64,000 bases of DNA from NCBI GenBank assembly GCA_947085825.1, contig CAMTXX010000039.1, positions 12,343-76,342 of the forward strand, given 5' to 3'. Positions 33,270-43,209 of this stretch are shown here, one piece after another (the stretch's first letter is position 1; the number at the start of each line of letters is the position of its first letter). The translations under genes and the position numbers were made by a program. The notes beneath the pieces are model-generated. The model saw nothing but the letters and a program-made list of their open reading frames with translations, was not told the origin of the DNA and did not search any database. The stretch comes from an uncultured Nitrospira sp. (GTDB lineage: Bacteria; Nitrospirota; Thermodesulfovibrionia; Thermodesulfovibrionales; UBA6898).

Positions 33270-34606
33270 AAATATTTTTTTCCGGAATAGGCGGCAGCGG
33301 GGTTTCAGCCATAGCAGGTTTTATGGCTGATAAGGGACATTTTGTTGCCGGTTCTGACCGGCTTTTTGACCTGTATCCTGATCATCCGGTCCGCAAAAGG
33401 CTGGAAGAAAACGGTATTGTCATCTTTCCCCAGAACGGGCAGGGGATTGATGGGTCTTCTGATCTTGCTGTTTTTAGTACATCGGTCGAAAGAAACAATC
33501 CTGACTATAGAAAGGCTGAAATTCTCGGGATTCCGGTGAAAACCCGTCCGGAATACCTGGCAGAGCTTGTATCTGATTACAGGACAATAGCTGTTGCAGG
33601 AACGAGCGGTAAGTCTACCACTTCGGGAATGCTGGCCTTTCTTATGCAGAGGCTTGGAATGGCGCCGAATTTTATTGGTGGAGGGAGGGTCAAGCAGTTC
33701 AGAACTTTACGAAATTCAGGGAATTATCTTGCGGACAGTTCCGATACCCTGATTATCGAGGCCTGTGAGTCTGACGGGACCATAGTCAAATATAAGCCTT
33801 CCTATTCTATTATTTTAAACCTTGACCTTGATCATCATTCCATTGCTCAGACAGCCGGCATGTTTGAAAAACTATCAGATAACACCTCGCAATTTGTGCT
33901 TGTTTGTGCTGATGACAAAAATCTGTCAAAGTGCGCTATAAAAAATGCACGGTTTTTTTCTATTTATGAGAAATCTGAATATCAGGCAAAGGATGTCGTC
34001 AGCTATCAGTTTAAAACGGTTTTTAAGGTCAATGGACAGCAGTATGAACTTTCGCTGCCCGGTGAGTATAACCTTTATAACGCTCTTGGATGCATTGCAT
34101 TGCTTTCGGAACTCGGGATGCCTGCGAAGGATATTGCAACCATACTTCCTGAATTCTCAGGCATAGAAAGAAGATTTGATATCCATCGTAAAGACGGCAG
34201 ATATCTGGTAATAGACGATTACGCCCATAACCCCCATAAGATTGACAGTCTTATGGCTGCGGTAAAGAAGATCAGCGATAAAGTCTGTTATATATTCCAG
34301 CCGCATGGCTATGGCCCGACAAAACTTATGAAAGACGGCTACATTGAAATATTTGCAGAAGGTTTGAGAAGTACTGATCATCTGGTGCTTTTGCCGATTT
34401 ACTACGCAGGTGGGACGACTGCAAGAGATATTTCAAGCGAAGATATTTTAAGAGGCGTAAAGGCTGAAGGAAAGTCTGCTGAAGTTATGGCAGAACGTTT
34501 ACAATTTTTTGATAGGCCGGGGGAATGGGATACGTATGTGATATTCGGCGCAAGAGACGACACGCTTTCTGATTTCGCGGAACAGATAGCTGGGATATTG
34601 AGGTGA
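33266..34606 (+). CDS. Mur-ligase family protein (MurC/Mpl-like paralogue)
   Basis: 446 aa. GIGGSGVSAIA N-terminal Rossmann motif and a variant P-loop AGTSGKSTT. ATGA overlap with the U32 gene. Confidence 0.8.
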   Translation: MKIFFSGIGGSGVSAIAGFMADKGHFVAGSDRLFDLYPDHPVRKRLEENGIVIFPQNGQGIDGSSDLAVFSTSVERNNPDYRKAEILGIPVKTRPEYLAELVSDYRTIAVAGTSGKSTTSGMLAFLMQRLGMAPNFIGGGRVKQFRTLRNSGNYLADSSDTLIIEACESDGTIVKYKPSYSIILNLDLDHHSIAQTAGMFEKLSDNTSQFVLVCADDKNLSKCAIKNARFFSIYEKSEYQAKDVVSYQFKTVFKVNGQQYELSLPGEYNLYNALGCIALLSELGMPAKDIATILPEFSGIERRFDIHRKDGRYLVIDDYAHNPHKIDSLMAAVKKISDKVCYIFQPHGYGPTKLMKDGYIEIFAEGLRSTDHLVLLPIYYAGGTTARDISSEDILRGVKAEGKSAEVMAERLQFFDRPGEWDTYVIFGARDDTLSDFAEQIAGILR

Positions 34607-34635
34607 TAGCATTTCCTTTGCCTGCAAGGAGTTTA

Positions 34636-34664
34636 TTGACAGTTATTGTTTTTTTTGTTATTTT
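34636..34664 (+). promoter_or_regulatory. Candidate promoter placed for a leaderless or near-leaderless transcript of the outer-membrane protein gene
   Basis: TTGACA (34636-34641), a 17-nt spacer, then TATTTT (34659-34664). The ATG at 34672 lies 7 nt after the -10, and there is no Shine-Dalgarno. Confidence 0.4.
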
Positions 34665-34671
34665 TCAATAG

Positions 34672-35454
34672 ATGAAAAAAACTTTTCTTGTTGTCCTTTT
34701 ATTGCTGACCCTAGCTGAAAAATTGTATGCCTTTGATATTTCAGGGCTTCAACCCCTTGCCCCGCATGGCGTTTTTTCGACTTTTAGCGCGGAGAGCCTG
34801 CAAAAAAGCAAGTCTTCCATAGAAATAGCAGCCGAAAGATCAGGAGAGGCAAACTTTTACCGATTTTCGGTAAAGACTGCTTATGGCATCAATGATAAGC
34901 TGGAATTCAATTTGACTGTTCCTTATGTCTACCATTATTCAGATAATAAAAACGGGCTGGAAGATATTGCAATGGGATTGAAGTATCGTTTTTATGACAA
35001 AGGGAAATATGGACCTTCTTTGGCATATCTGCTTAAGGCTTCTATCCCAAGCGGAGACAATGAAATCAGTTCGGATGGCAGAGTGGGGATAGGTATTATT
35101 GCCGGCAAGCGGATAGGGCCGTTTAATGGTCATTTGAATTTGTTTTATGAGAAGCCCGGCAATTCGAGGTTGAAAGATGAAATATCCATACTGGGAGGGG
35201 TAGAGTTTTCAGCTGCGCACAATTTTAAAATACTTAGTGAAATACTAGTCAAAAAAAGTCACTATACAAATGCATATAATCAAATTGAGGCGCGTTTCGG
35301 CTATAGGATAAAAACTACTGAATATATTTATACGACGTTCGGCGCTGGTCTGGATATTAAGAAAAGAAATCCGGAATACAGAATTTTTATGTCAGTTAAT
35401 TTTACCTCCCCTTATGAAAAGAAAAAGCTCAAAAAAATTATTGAAGAAGAGTAA
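34672..35454 (+). CDS. Putative outer-membrane beta-barrel protein (MetA-pathway/transporter-like)
   Basis: 260 aa. Signal peptide ...AEKLYA/FD and an alternating amphipathic pattern, with a Lys/Glu tail. Confidence 0.6.
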   Translation: MKKTFLVVLLLLTLAEKLYAFDISGLQPLAPHGVFSTFSAESLQKSKSSIEIAAERSGEANFYRFSVKTAYGINDKLEFNLTVPYVYHYSDNKNGLEDIAMGLKYRFYDKGKYGPSLAYLLKASIPSGDNEISSDGRVGIGIIAGKRIGPFNGHLNLFYEKPGNSRLKDEISILGGVEFSAAHNFKILSEILVKKSHYTNAYNQIEARFGYRIKTTEYIYTTFGAGLDIKKRNPEYRIFMSVNFTSPYEKKKLKKIIEEE

Positions 35455-35476
35455 GGCCCTCTGAGGAGTTATTGTT

Positions 35477-35743
35477 ATGTTTGATATCGGAATGCAGGAG
35501 TTAATCATAATATTTGTGGTTGCTCTTCTCGTTTTTGGGCCTAAAAAACTGCCTGAGATCAGCAGAACGCTCGGAAAATGGGTTGTTGAGATTAGAAGAG
35601 GCATTAATATAGCAAAGAGCCAGATGGAGGAAGAGCTAAGAGAGGATTTCAAGACGCCTGAAGATATTGTTCAATCTCTCCCGAAAGATGATGCAGGTGA
35701 GAAAGTGGTGTGTCAAAACGGAGAGGCAGAGGGAAAAAATTAA
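35477..35743 (+). CDS. tatA: Twin-arginine translocase TatA/TatB-family subunit
   Basis: 88 aa. MFDIGMQELIIIFVVALLVFGPKKLPE signature. Confidence 0.85.
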   Translation: MFDIGMQELIIIFVVALLVFGPKKLPEISRTLGKWVVEIRRGINIAKSQMEEELREDFKTPEDIVQSLPKDDAGEKVVCQNGEAEGKN

Positions 35744-36514
35744 TTGAAAGATTCAAAACTGCCTTTGACAGAGCATCTCTCAGAACTCCGAAAAAGGATT
35801 TTAATATCCGTAGCGGTCCTGTTTACAGCTTTTCTCTTTAGTTTTAACTATTCTGAAGAGTTGTTTAACCTTCTTACTCTTCCTCTAAAAACGGAAATAA
35901 AACTTAATTTTACAAATCCATATATTCACATAAACGAGAAAGTTGCCCCGCCTCTCGTTTTTTTTGCGGTTGCCGAGGCTTTTTGGATGCATCTTAAAGT
36001 CTCTTTTGTCGCGGCTTTTATTGTCTCATTGCCTGTAATCTTTTATCAATTGTGGAGTTTTATTTCCCCGGGCCTGCTTGAAAAAGAGAAAAAATATGTC
36101 ATGCCTTTTGTGCTGTTTGCCTCTCTGCTTTTCCTGGTCGGAGCCTTGTTCTGTTTTGTTATTATACTGCCTTTTGCAATCACTTTTTTGCTTGGATACA
36201 AAACAGCTTCTTTCACTCCCATGCTATCGGTCGCAAAATATATCGATTTCTGCCTGAAACTCATCCTTGCCTTTGGAACTGTTTTCGAACTCCCTCTGGT
36301 TATACTCTTTTTGACGAGATTCGGGTTTGTTTCACCAAAGACCCTTGCAAAACATAGAAAATATGCGGTCCTTTTTTCTTTTGTAGCAGCAGCGATTCTT
36401 ACACCTACTCCTGATGCCTTTAATCAGGTTTTAATGGCCGTCCCTATCATTATTTTATATGAAATCGGCATACTTTTATCTATAATTATCTACAGGAAAA
36501 AGAAAAGTGCCTAA
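35744..36514 (+). CDS. tatC: Twin-arginine translocase subunit TatC
   Basis: 256 aa with a TTG start. LTEHLSELRKR, six TM segments, and PTPD. Confidence 0.92.
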   Translation: MKDSKLPLTEHLSELRKRILISVAVLFTAFLFSFNYSEELFNLLTLPLKTEIKLNFTNPYIHINEKVAPPLVFFAVAEAFWMHLKVSFVAAFIVSLPVIFYQLWSFISPGLLEKEKKYVMPFVLFASLLFLVGALFCFVIILPFAITFLLGYKTASFTPMLSVAKYIDFCLKLILAFGTVFELPLVILFLTRFGFVSPKTLAKHRKYAVLFSFVAAAILTPTPDAFNQVLMAVPIIILYEIGILLSIIIYRKKKSA

Positions 36515-36785
36515 TGTAAAAGGTAAAAGTTTAAAAGCGCTTACTCTGGATATTGCTGAAGGGTATACAGCAGTGAACCCGATATTTCTAAAATTGTTTG
36601 GACCTGAACAATTAAAAGAAATTTACAGGACAATATCCAAAACACAAAATGATATCAGAGGAGAAAGATTCCCCTCTAATGATTTAACTGCGATAAGAAT
36701 CCGGAACCTCAAATTACAGAGATTGCACTCAGCATCAATGGTTATAAGGAATTTCGCAAAGGAAAGAAAAATTACGCTTTTATAG
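36507..36785 (+). CDS. Hypothetical basic protein
   Basis: 92-aa ORF with a GTG start that overlaps the tatC end by 8 nt. I recognise no motif. It may belong with the downstream HEAT/HD-GYP genes. Confidence 0.35.
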   Translation: MPNVKGKSLKALTLDIAEGYTAVNPIFLKLFGPEQLKEIYRTISKTQNDIRGERFPSNDLTAIRIRNLKLQRLHSASMVIRNFAKERKITLL

Positions 36786-36791
36786 CTGATT

Positions 36792-38435
36792 ATGGAAATA
36801 AACGAAGAAATCAAGGCAGTTAAGGATGTAATCCAGGCGATCCTGAAATCGAAGAAGCTTTTAAGGATGTACCCTGCGAATAACCCTATCTATGTTAAAA
36901 CGCTTGAAGATACTTATGCCAAATTCAAGGAATTCTTTTATTACAACGATGAGTTGCACCTGAAAATAAAACAGAATGAAATCTATTGCGGCTCTGAACA
37001 GGTTTACAGCAGTTCTGAAAAAGAAGATAATCTGGCGTTTTTTTTCTTCAAGGATGGTCTTCGGGAAATTACCTTCAAAAAAGCCCTGACAAATGATGAA
37101 ATGGAAGTTTTTTTAAAGGTCATCACGCTGGATTTTGACACCGAAGTGATTGATGACGACATTGTAACGCTTTTCTGGGAAAAAGATTTCCAGAATATCC
37201 AATATGTTGTTGATGAGTCTGTCCTTGTTGATGAGGAAGATTATGAGTCTGCTGCTGTTAAAGAAGTAAAAGAAGAGGCTAACGAACCTGACAATTTAAT
37301 GAGGGCCTATGAGGATGCCTTTAAAGAAAGTGATATTTTAAAGGAGGCCTCAATTGTTCCGCTGACAGACAAGGACCTGCAGATTCTGCTTCAAGAATTC
37401 GAAAAGGACGCTCAGGAAAAAACAGGTAAGCTGGTCAATATTTTATTTGAAATGATGTATCTCTCTGAAACACGACATGACTTTGAGGATGTTTCAGTTT
37501 TCCTGATAAATACTATTGATTATGCGGTAATACGCGGGGAAATTCATATTATAACCGATATACTTTCCAGACTGAAGGAACTTCTTGAGAATAAAAAAAT
37601 ATCCGATGAAATAAAAAAATATATAAAAAAGGTGATACTTTTTGCAGGAAGTGAGATTGTGATAAACCATCTGGGAGAACTCCTTGACAGCGGACAGGAT
37701 ATTGATGAAAGAATATTTGCTGATCTTGTCAAATATCTTGATAAAAATGCAATAATCCCATTTTTGAAAATACTTGGCGAATTAAAAAGTATACACTCAA
37801 GAAAAATAGTCATTGATGCCCTTATCTATTTGGGCCCAAAAGACATTACGCTGCTTTCAAGCGGTCTGAACGATACTCGATGGTATGTTGTCAGAAATAT
37901 AATTTATATACTACGCAAAATTGCCGACAAAAGGGCTGTAGACTTTTTATTGAAAACAGTAAAACATGGTGATATCCGTGTGAAAAAAGAGGTCATCAGA
38001 GCGCTCGGAGAACTTGGAGGATCAGGGGTTATCATAGCGCTTAGAGATGCCCTTGATGATGCAGAAGAACAAATACGGGCTGCGTCATTGAAGGCGCTCG
38101 GCAATATCAGTTCAGAAGCTGCAAAAAGGATTATTCTGGATAAAATGAGAGATAAAAACTTTAAAGACAAGGAATTTGATGAAAAAAAGGGGTATTTTGA
38201 AATCATTTCTAAATGGAAGGACAAAGAAGTGTTTGATTTTCTCGTGGAAACATTAAAGAAAAAAACTTTTTTTAGAAATGCAAAAAATGATGAAAACAGG
38301 GCCTGCGCTGCTTACAGTTTGGGATTACTCGGGAATAAGGATGCGCTGAGCATCCTTAATAAGTATAAAAATGAAAGCAGCAAATTAATAAATGAGTTTG
38401 CTTTTACTGCAATAAGAAAGCTGGAACATGAGTGA
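36792..38435 (+). CDS. HEAT-repeat protein with an uncharacterised N-terminal domain
   Basis: 547 aa. C-terminal HEAT/PBS-lyase-type repeats (VRKEVIRALGELGG, IRAASLKALGNI, RACAAYSLGLLG). Confidence 0.7.
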   Translation: MEINEEIKAVKDVIQAILKSKKLLRMYPANNPIYVKTLEDTYAKFKEFFYYNDELHLKIKQNEIYCGSEQVYSSSEKEDNLAFFFFKDGLREITFKKALTNDEMEVFLKVITLDFDTEVIDDDIVTLFWEKDFQNIQYVVDESVLVDEEDYESAAVKEVKEEANEPDNLMRAYEDAFKESDILKEASIVPLTDKDLQILLQEFEKDAQEKTGKLVNILFEMMYLSETRHDFEDVSVFLINTIDYAVIRGEIHIITDILSRLKELLENKKISDEIKKYIKKVILFAGSEIVINHLGELLDSGQDIDERIFADLVKYLDKNAIIPFLKILGELKSIHSRKIVIDALIYLGPKDITLLSSGLNDTRWYVVRNIIYILRKIADKRAVDFLLKTVKHGDIRVKKEVIRALGELGGSGVIIALRDALDDAEEQIRAASLKALGNISSEAAKRIILDKMRDKNFKDKEFDEKKGYFEIISKWKDKEVFDFLVETLKKKTFFRNAKNDENRACAAYSLGLLGNKDALSILNKYKNESSKLINEFAFTAIRKLEHE

Positions 38436-39834
38436 CAAGGAAGAATTAAATCTGCAGAAAAACGCAAAAGATTTGATCAATCAAATCTCAATAGTAGTCC
38501 GTACTGCACAGATACATGATCCAAATAATGTGGCAATTTCATCTTCTATAAGCAAATTTGTATCTATCATCAACGTGCTTCTTGATAAAGAAAATCTTAT
38601 AAATCTTGAACTAAGAGGAGAATTTTTTTATATAAATGAATACAGAATACGATATCCTCTTGAGTATTTGCTTAACTTTGATTTCCTTGTCAGGGAGTTC
38701 AAAAAGAGAGAGCTGGGGGGCGTAACCTTTAAACACCAGATAAAGATGGATGACATAAAGATATTTATTAAGGCTTTTATCTCATCGCCTTTTTCGGATG
38801 ACCCCTTCAATACTTTCGAAGAAATAATGTCAGACGTGCTGAGTATCGAAATCGGGAGACTGAAAACAATAGCAGATGACGCAGATTCGCTTGACGTAAG
38901 GAAAATGATCAAAAAAACCTACTTTAGCGCGGTTTCTCAGACAAAAGGCATAATGAACAAAATCAAGAGTGGTGAAAAGGTAAATATTACAAAAACAAAA
39001 CGTATAATGGAATCTATGGTTGACCATATTCTTGAGGAAGAGCAACTTTTGCTGGGTATGACCGCTATTAAAGATTATGATGAGTATACCTATCACCATT
39101 CCGTAAACGTCAGCATACTGTCAATCGCCTTGGGGCAGAGACTCGGCCTAAACCGGAAGATGCTCACAGAACTTGGCATGGTTGCCTTATTTCATGATAC
39201 AGGCAAGACCGAGGTTCCCGGTGAAGTACTCAGAAAACCAACAAATTTTACTGATGATGAGTGGAAAATTATCAAAAAACATCCTATGTGGGGACTCAGG
39301 GCGATATTAAAACTAAAAAAACTGGATGAGCTTTCCATAAAATCCGCCATAGTTTCTTTTGAGCACCATATGAATATTGACCATACCGGATACCCTGAAG
39401 TACGGCAAAAAAAGGAGCTGGATTTATTCAGCCGAATTGTCAGCCTTGCTGATCAATATGATGCAATGACTTCTTCAAGGGTATATTCGAGAATCCCCAT
39501 GGCTCCGGATAAGGCGCTCAGTGTCATGATGGAAAGATCTGGCACTCAACTGGATCCGTTACTTTTTAAGTTCTTCATTAATATGGTTGGGGTTTATCCT
39601 GTCGGCACTTTGGTCATGCTTGACTCAAAAGAACTTGGTCTTGTCACTGAGAGTAATCAGATTTTTCCATCAAGGCCGAGAGTGCTTCTTATAATTGACA
39701 ATCAGGGGAAAAAAACAGAAAGACTGATCGTTGACCTGACTGAAAAAGATGAGCAGGATAATTACCTTCGATCTATAATAAAAACAATGGATCCCAATAA
39801 ATATAAAATAAATCTTGCTGAATATCTCCTTTAG
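38428..39834 (+). CDS. HD-GYP domain c-di-GMP phosphodiesterase
   Basis: 468 aa. HHSVNV, LFHDTGK, HPMWG and HHMNIDHTGYP motifs. Overlaps the HEAT gene by 8 nt. Confidence 0.85.
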   Translation: MSDKEELNLQKNAKDLINQISIVVRTAQIHDPNNVAISSSISKFVSIINVLLDKENLINLELRGEFFYINEYRIRYPLEYLLNFDFLVREFKKRELGGVTFKHQIKMDDIKIFIKAFISSPFSDDPFNTFEEIMSDVLSIEIGRLKTIADDADSLDVRKMIKKTYFSAVSQTKGIMNKIKSGEKVNITKTKRIMESMVDHILEEEQLLLGMTAIKDYDEYTYHHSVNVSILSIALGQRLGLNRKMLTELGMVALFHDTGKTEVPGEVLRKPTNFTDDEWKIIKKHPMWGLRAILKLKKLDELSIKSAIVSFEHHMNIDHTGYPEVRQKKELDLFSRIVSLADQYDAMTSSRVYSRIPMAPDKALSVMMERSGTQLDPLLFKFFINMVGVYPVGTLVMLDSKELGLVTESNQIFPSRPRVLLIIDNQGKKTERLIVDLTEKDEQDNYLRSIIKTMDPNKYKINLAEYLL

Positions 39835-39878
39835 TGCTTGCCAATGCAGTTGTTTGCCGGATTTTAAGATGTAACATA

Positions 39879-39908
39879 TTGACTTTTCATGTAAATATAG
39901 TCTTTAAT
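39879..39908 (+). promoter_or_regulatory. Candidate promoter of the rplU-rpmA-obg-proB cluster
   Basis: TTGACT (39879-39884), an 18-nt spacer, then TTTAAT. GGAGGTG RBS at 39917-39923. Confidence 0.3.
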
Positions 39909-39931
39909 ATATATTCGGAGGTGATATATAT

Positions 39932-40249
39932 ATGTATGCGGTAATAGAAAACGGTGGACATCAGCACAAAGTTTTTCCTGGTGATATGATTAAAGTACAA
40001 AAGATTGAAGCTGACAACGGCACAGAAATAAGCTTGGACAAGGTGCTTCTTATTTTGAAAGATGAAAATGTTTCAGTAGGTAATCCATTTGTTAAAAATG
40101 CGATAGTCAAGGCAGAAATTCAGGGTATTGAAAAAGCAGCAAAGGCTCTGATCTTCAAGAAAAAACCGAGAAAAGGGCACAAGAAGCTTAGAGGCCATAG
40201 GCAGAATTACACGGTTTTAAAGATAATAGATATAGTATCCGGAGGATAG
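39932..40249 (+). CDS. rplU: 50S ribosomal protein L21
   Basis: 105 aa. [15 protein letters not shown]-terminus. Confidence 0.95.
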   Translation: MYAVIENGGHQHKVFPGDMIKVQKIEADNGTEISLDKVLLILKDENVSVGNPFVKNAIVKAEIQGIEKAAKALIFKKKPRKGHKKLRGHRQNYTVLKIIDIVSGG

Positions 40250-40250
40250 A

Positions 40251-40514
40251 ATGGCACACAAAAAAGGAGTTGGAAGTTCAAGAAACGGACGTGATAGCGA
40301 AGCGCAACGGCTTGGCATAAAGAGATTTGGCGGTCAGCTTGTTAAGTCTGGCAATATACTTGTTCGCCAGAGAGGGACAAAATTTCATCCAGGCAATAAC
40401 GTAAAAAAGGGGTCTGATGATACTCTTTTTGCAACGGTTGATGGTATTGTGAATTTTGAAAGAAAAGACAGGAACAGATTGAAAATAAGTGTATACCCGA
40501 CACTACAGGAATAA
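40251..40514 (+). CDS. rpmA: 50S ribosomal protein L27
   Basis: 87 aa. [16 protein letters not shown]...QRGTKFHPG. Confidence 0.97.
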   Translation: MAHKKGVGSSRNGRDSEAQRLGIKRFGGQLVKSGNILVRQRGTKFHPGNNVKKGSDDTLFATVDGIVNFERKDRNRLKISVYPTLQE

Positions 40515-40538
40515 GATTAAAATATACAGGGATAAAAA

Positions 40539-40566
40539 GGGCAGAGGTCACTCTGCCTTTTTTATT
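40539..40566 (+). terminator. Rho-independent terminator/attenuator after rpmA
   Basis: GGGCAGAG-GTCA-CTCTGCC stem-loop, followed by TTTTTTATT. Confidence 0.7.
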
Positions 40567-40574
40567 GGTAAATA

Positions 40575-41576
40575 ATGCAATTTATTGATTATGCTAAAAT
40601 ATTTGTGGAGAGCGGATGTGGGGGAAAGGGTTGCGTAAGTTTTCGTAGAGAAAAGTACGTTCCAAGAGGCGGTCCCAATGGGGGAGACGGGGGAAAAGGC
40701 GGTGATATAATCATCAGGGCATCAGCCCAGATTAACACACTTCTTGATTTTAAATATAAAAGAGAATACCATGCTAAAAATGGACAGAATGGCATGGGGA
40801 AAAAAATGCATGGGAAAAATGCAGAAGACCTGATCATACCTGTCCCTACGGGGACAGTAATAAGGGATGCTGATTCAAATGAGGTAATTACTGATCTCAT
40901 CAAGGATGGCGACTATTTCATTGCAGTAAAAGGAGGCAGGGGAGGGCTTGGAAATGCTCACTTTGCTACCCCGACCAAACAAGTCCCAAGGTTTGCACAA
41001 CCCGGAGAACAGGGACAAGAAGCGTGGCTGATTCTTGAATTAAAATTAATTGCAGATGTCGGACTTATCGGCCTCCCTAATGCCGGCAAATCAACATTAA
41101 TATCCGTTATTTCCTCTGCCAAACCTAAAATTGCTGATTATCCTTTTACTACACTTGTTCCAAACCTCGGAGTTGTAAAACTAAAAGAACATGGCAGTTG
41201 TGTTGTGGCTGACATCCCTGGATTGATAGAGGGAGCGCATAGAGGCGCTGGTTTGGGAATAAGGTTTTTAAGGCATATAGAACGTACGCGTATATTCCTT
41301 CACCTTATTGACGTGTCTGACACTGCCGATGATGACCCTGTTGCCCGGTATCTCAAAATAAGAAAAGAACTGGAAATGTATAGCCCTGACCTGCTTTTAA
41401 AATCAGAAGCTATCATAGCCACCAAAATAGATAGTGTTACAGATAAAACAAGTCTCAACATGCTGAAAAAATATTGCGTATCTAACCGGATTGATTTTAT
41501 GGAAATATCATCAGTGACTAACAAGGGAATAAGGACGCTTATAAATTATCTAAGTAAAGCGCTGGAAAGAAAATAA
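40575..41576 (+). CDS. obg: GTPase Obg/CgtA
   Basis: 333 aa. The Gly-rich Obg fold has GGDGG.GG. G-domain motifs GLPNAGKST, DIPGLIEGA and TKID. Confidence 0.95.
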   Translation: MQFIDYAKIFVESGCGGKGCVSFRREKYVPRGGPNGGDGGKGGDIIIRASAQINTLLDFKYKREYHAKNGQNGMGKKMHGKNAEDLIIPVPTGTVIRDADSNEVITDLIKDGDYFIAVKGGRGGLGNAHFATPTKQVPRFAQPGEQGQEAWLILELKLIADVGLIGLPNAGKSTLISVISSAKPKIADYPFTTLVPNLGVVKLKEHGSCVVADIPGLIEGAHRGAGLGIRFLRHIERTRIFLHLIDVSDTADDDPVARYLKIRKELEMYSPDLLLKSEAIIATKIDSVTDKTSLNMLKKYCVSNRIDFMEISSVTNKGIRTLINYLSKALERK

Positions 41577-42676
41577 TGGGGAAGAAAGTCATCATTAAAA
41601 TAGGCAGTAATATACTCTCAAATGAACTCAGGGGATTGGATACGGATACCATCAGGAATCTTGCGAAACATATCTCGAAGATTTCATCTGCAGGATATGA
41701 AGTGGTAATCGTGTCTTCTGGGGCGATTGCAGCGGGCATGAAAAAACTTGGCTTGAAATCCAAGCCCAAAGATATCATATTGAAGCAGGCTGCGGCGGCT
41801 ATTGGACAAAGCAGCCTCATGTGGGCCTATGAAAAGGCTTTCGCGGAATATGAACATAAAGTAGCGCAGATTTTACTGACAAGAGAAGATTTTTCTGACA
41901 GAAAAAAATACATCAATTCGAAAAACACCATATTAACTTTGCTGTCTTACGGAATCATTCCAGTGATTAATGAAAATGATACTGTTGCAACCGATGAGAT
42001 TAAATTTGGCGATAACGATAATCTTGCGGCCCTTGTTGCGATCCTTGTTGAGGCTGAAAGACTGGTGATACTTTCCGATGTTGATGGTCTCTATGAGGCG
42101 GATCCCCGGGGCAATTCCAGCGCCAGACTAATACCATATGTTGAGGAGATCACTTCCGGCATTGAAAATATTGCAGGTGAAACAGGAAGCGCTGTTGGTA
42201 CAGGCGGAATGTACTCAAAAGTCCTGGCAGCAAAAAAAGCAACTTCTCATGGAATTGCTGTTAATATTACCAGTGGAAAAAAACCTGAACTGCTCAGCTT
42301 GCTATTTGAAGGTAAAGAGGTAGGAACTTTTTTTTCGCCTTGCAAAGAAAGAATTTCTCATAAAAAAGGCTGGATCGCATACAGTAGTCGCCCTAAGGGA
42401 TCCATTGCCCTGGATGAAGGAGCTGTAAAGGCAATAACCGAGATGGGAAAGAGCCTTTTGCCGACAGGCATTATAAATATTGAAGGGAATTTTGAGGTTG
42501 GAGACCCTGTAAATTGCCTGAATTCTCAAGGAAAACCTGTTGCAAAGGGGCTTATTAATTATTCATCATCGGACATGAATAAGATCATAGGAAGAAAAAC
42601 ATCTGAGATAGAAGGTATTCTTGGTTATAAGTACTCGGATGAAGCTATTCATAGAGACAATATGGTTATTCTTTAA
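41576..42676 (+). CDS. proB: Glutamate 5-kinase (with a PUA domain)
   Basis: 366 aa. KIGSN, VSSGAIAAG, NENDTV..DE..FGDND and a C-terminal PUA domain. Confidence 0.95.
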   Translation: MGKKVIIKIGSNILSNELRGLDTDTIRNLAKHISKISSAGYEVVIVSSGAIAAGMKKLGLKSKPKDIILKQAAAAIGQSSLMWAYEKAFAEYEHKVAQILLTREDFSDRKKYINSKNTILTLLSYGIIPVINENDTVATDEIKFGDNDNLAALVAILVEAERLVILSDVDGLYEADPRGNSSARLIPYVEEITSGIENIAGETGSAVGTGGMYSKVLAAKKATSHGIAVNITSGKKPELLSLLFEGKEVGTFFSPCKERISHKKGWIAYSSRPKGSIALDEGAVKAITEMGKSLLPTGIINIEGNFEVGDPVNCLNSQGKPVAKGLINYSSSDMNKIIGRKTSEIEGILGYKYSDEAIHRDNMVIL

Positions 42677-43209
42677 AGATTAATCAGCTTTCCCCCCTGG
42701 TTTTTTAAAAGATTTCTCACTTTCATGAACATAGTCACGTAGCTCTGGTCTTTATAGTCATTATACGTGTAAGGCATGGGGGTAAATTGCCGGTTTTTAT
42801 AGAGCAATGCAAGCTCTGCATATATTCCTTTGCCGAGGTAGATTCTATGAGAATAATTTTTTGTTGATGCAAGCACTACTTTTGCAAGGGTAATATAGCC
42901 TGGATCAAGATTTATCCGCCTTTTACCGGCATCAGAATAAATGGTTTCCATTTCATTTGTTATTAGTTTTATGTCTGCAAGGGTCGAGGGGTCAATGATT
43001 CCATCAAAAAAGATAAAAATTCTATATATAGGAGTCCCCAATTCCTTGTTGTAATGATCTGAATATTTCCAGGGCCGGATATTGCTTTGGAATAAAATTT
43101 TCCCGAATTTATCTTGTAAAACCGGGAATATGTCATCGAAAATCTTTTTTTCTGAAAAAAGTATGCCAACAAAAAGTATCGGTTCTTCAGAGAGATGCGG
43201 TACTCCCAT
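42673..43209 (-). CDS. DUF4416-family protein
   Basis: 178 aa. INLDPGYITLAKVVLASTKNYSHRIYLGKGIYAE...YTYNDY matches my recollection of DUF4416. Confidence 0.65.
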   Translation of the reverse strand: MGVPHLSEEPILFVGILFSEKKIFDDIFPVLQDKFGKILFQSNIRPWKYSDHYNKELGTPIYRIFIFFDGIIDPSTLADIKLITNEMETIYSDAGKRRINLDPGYITLAKVVLASTKNYSHRIYLGKGIYAELALLYKNRQFTPMPYTYNDYKDQSYVTMFMKVRNLLKNQGGKLINL

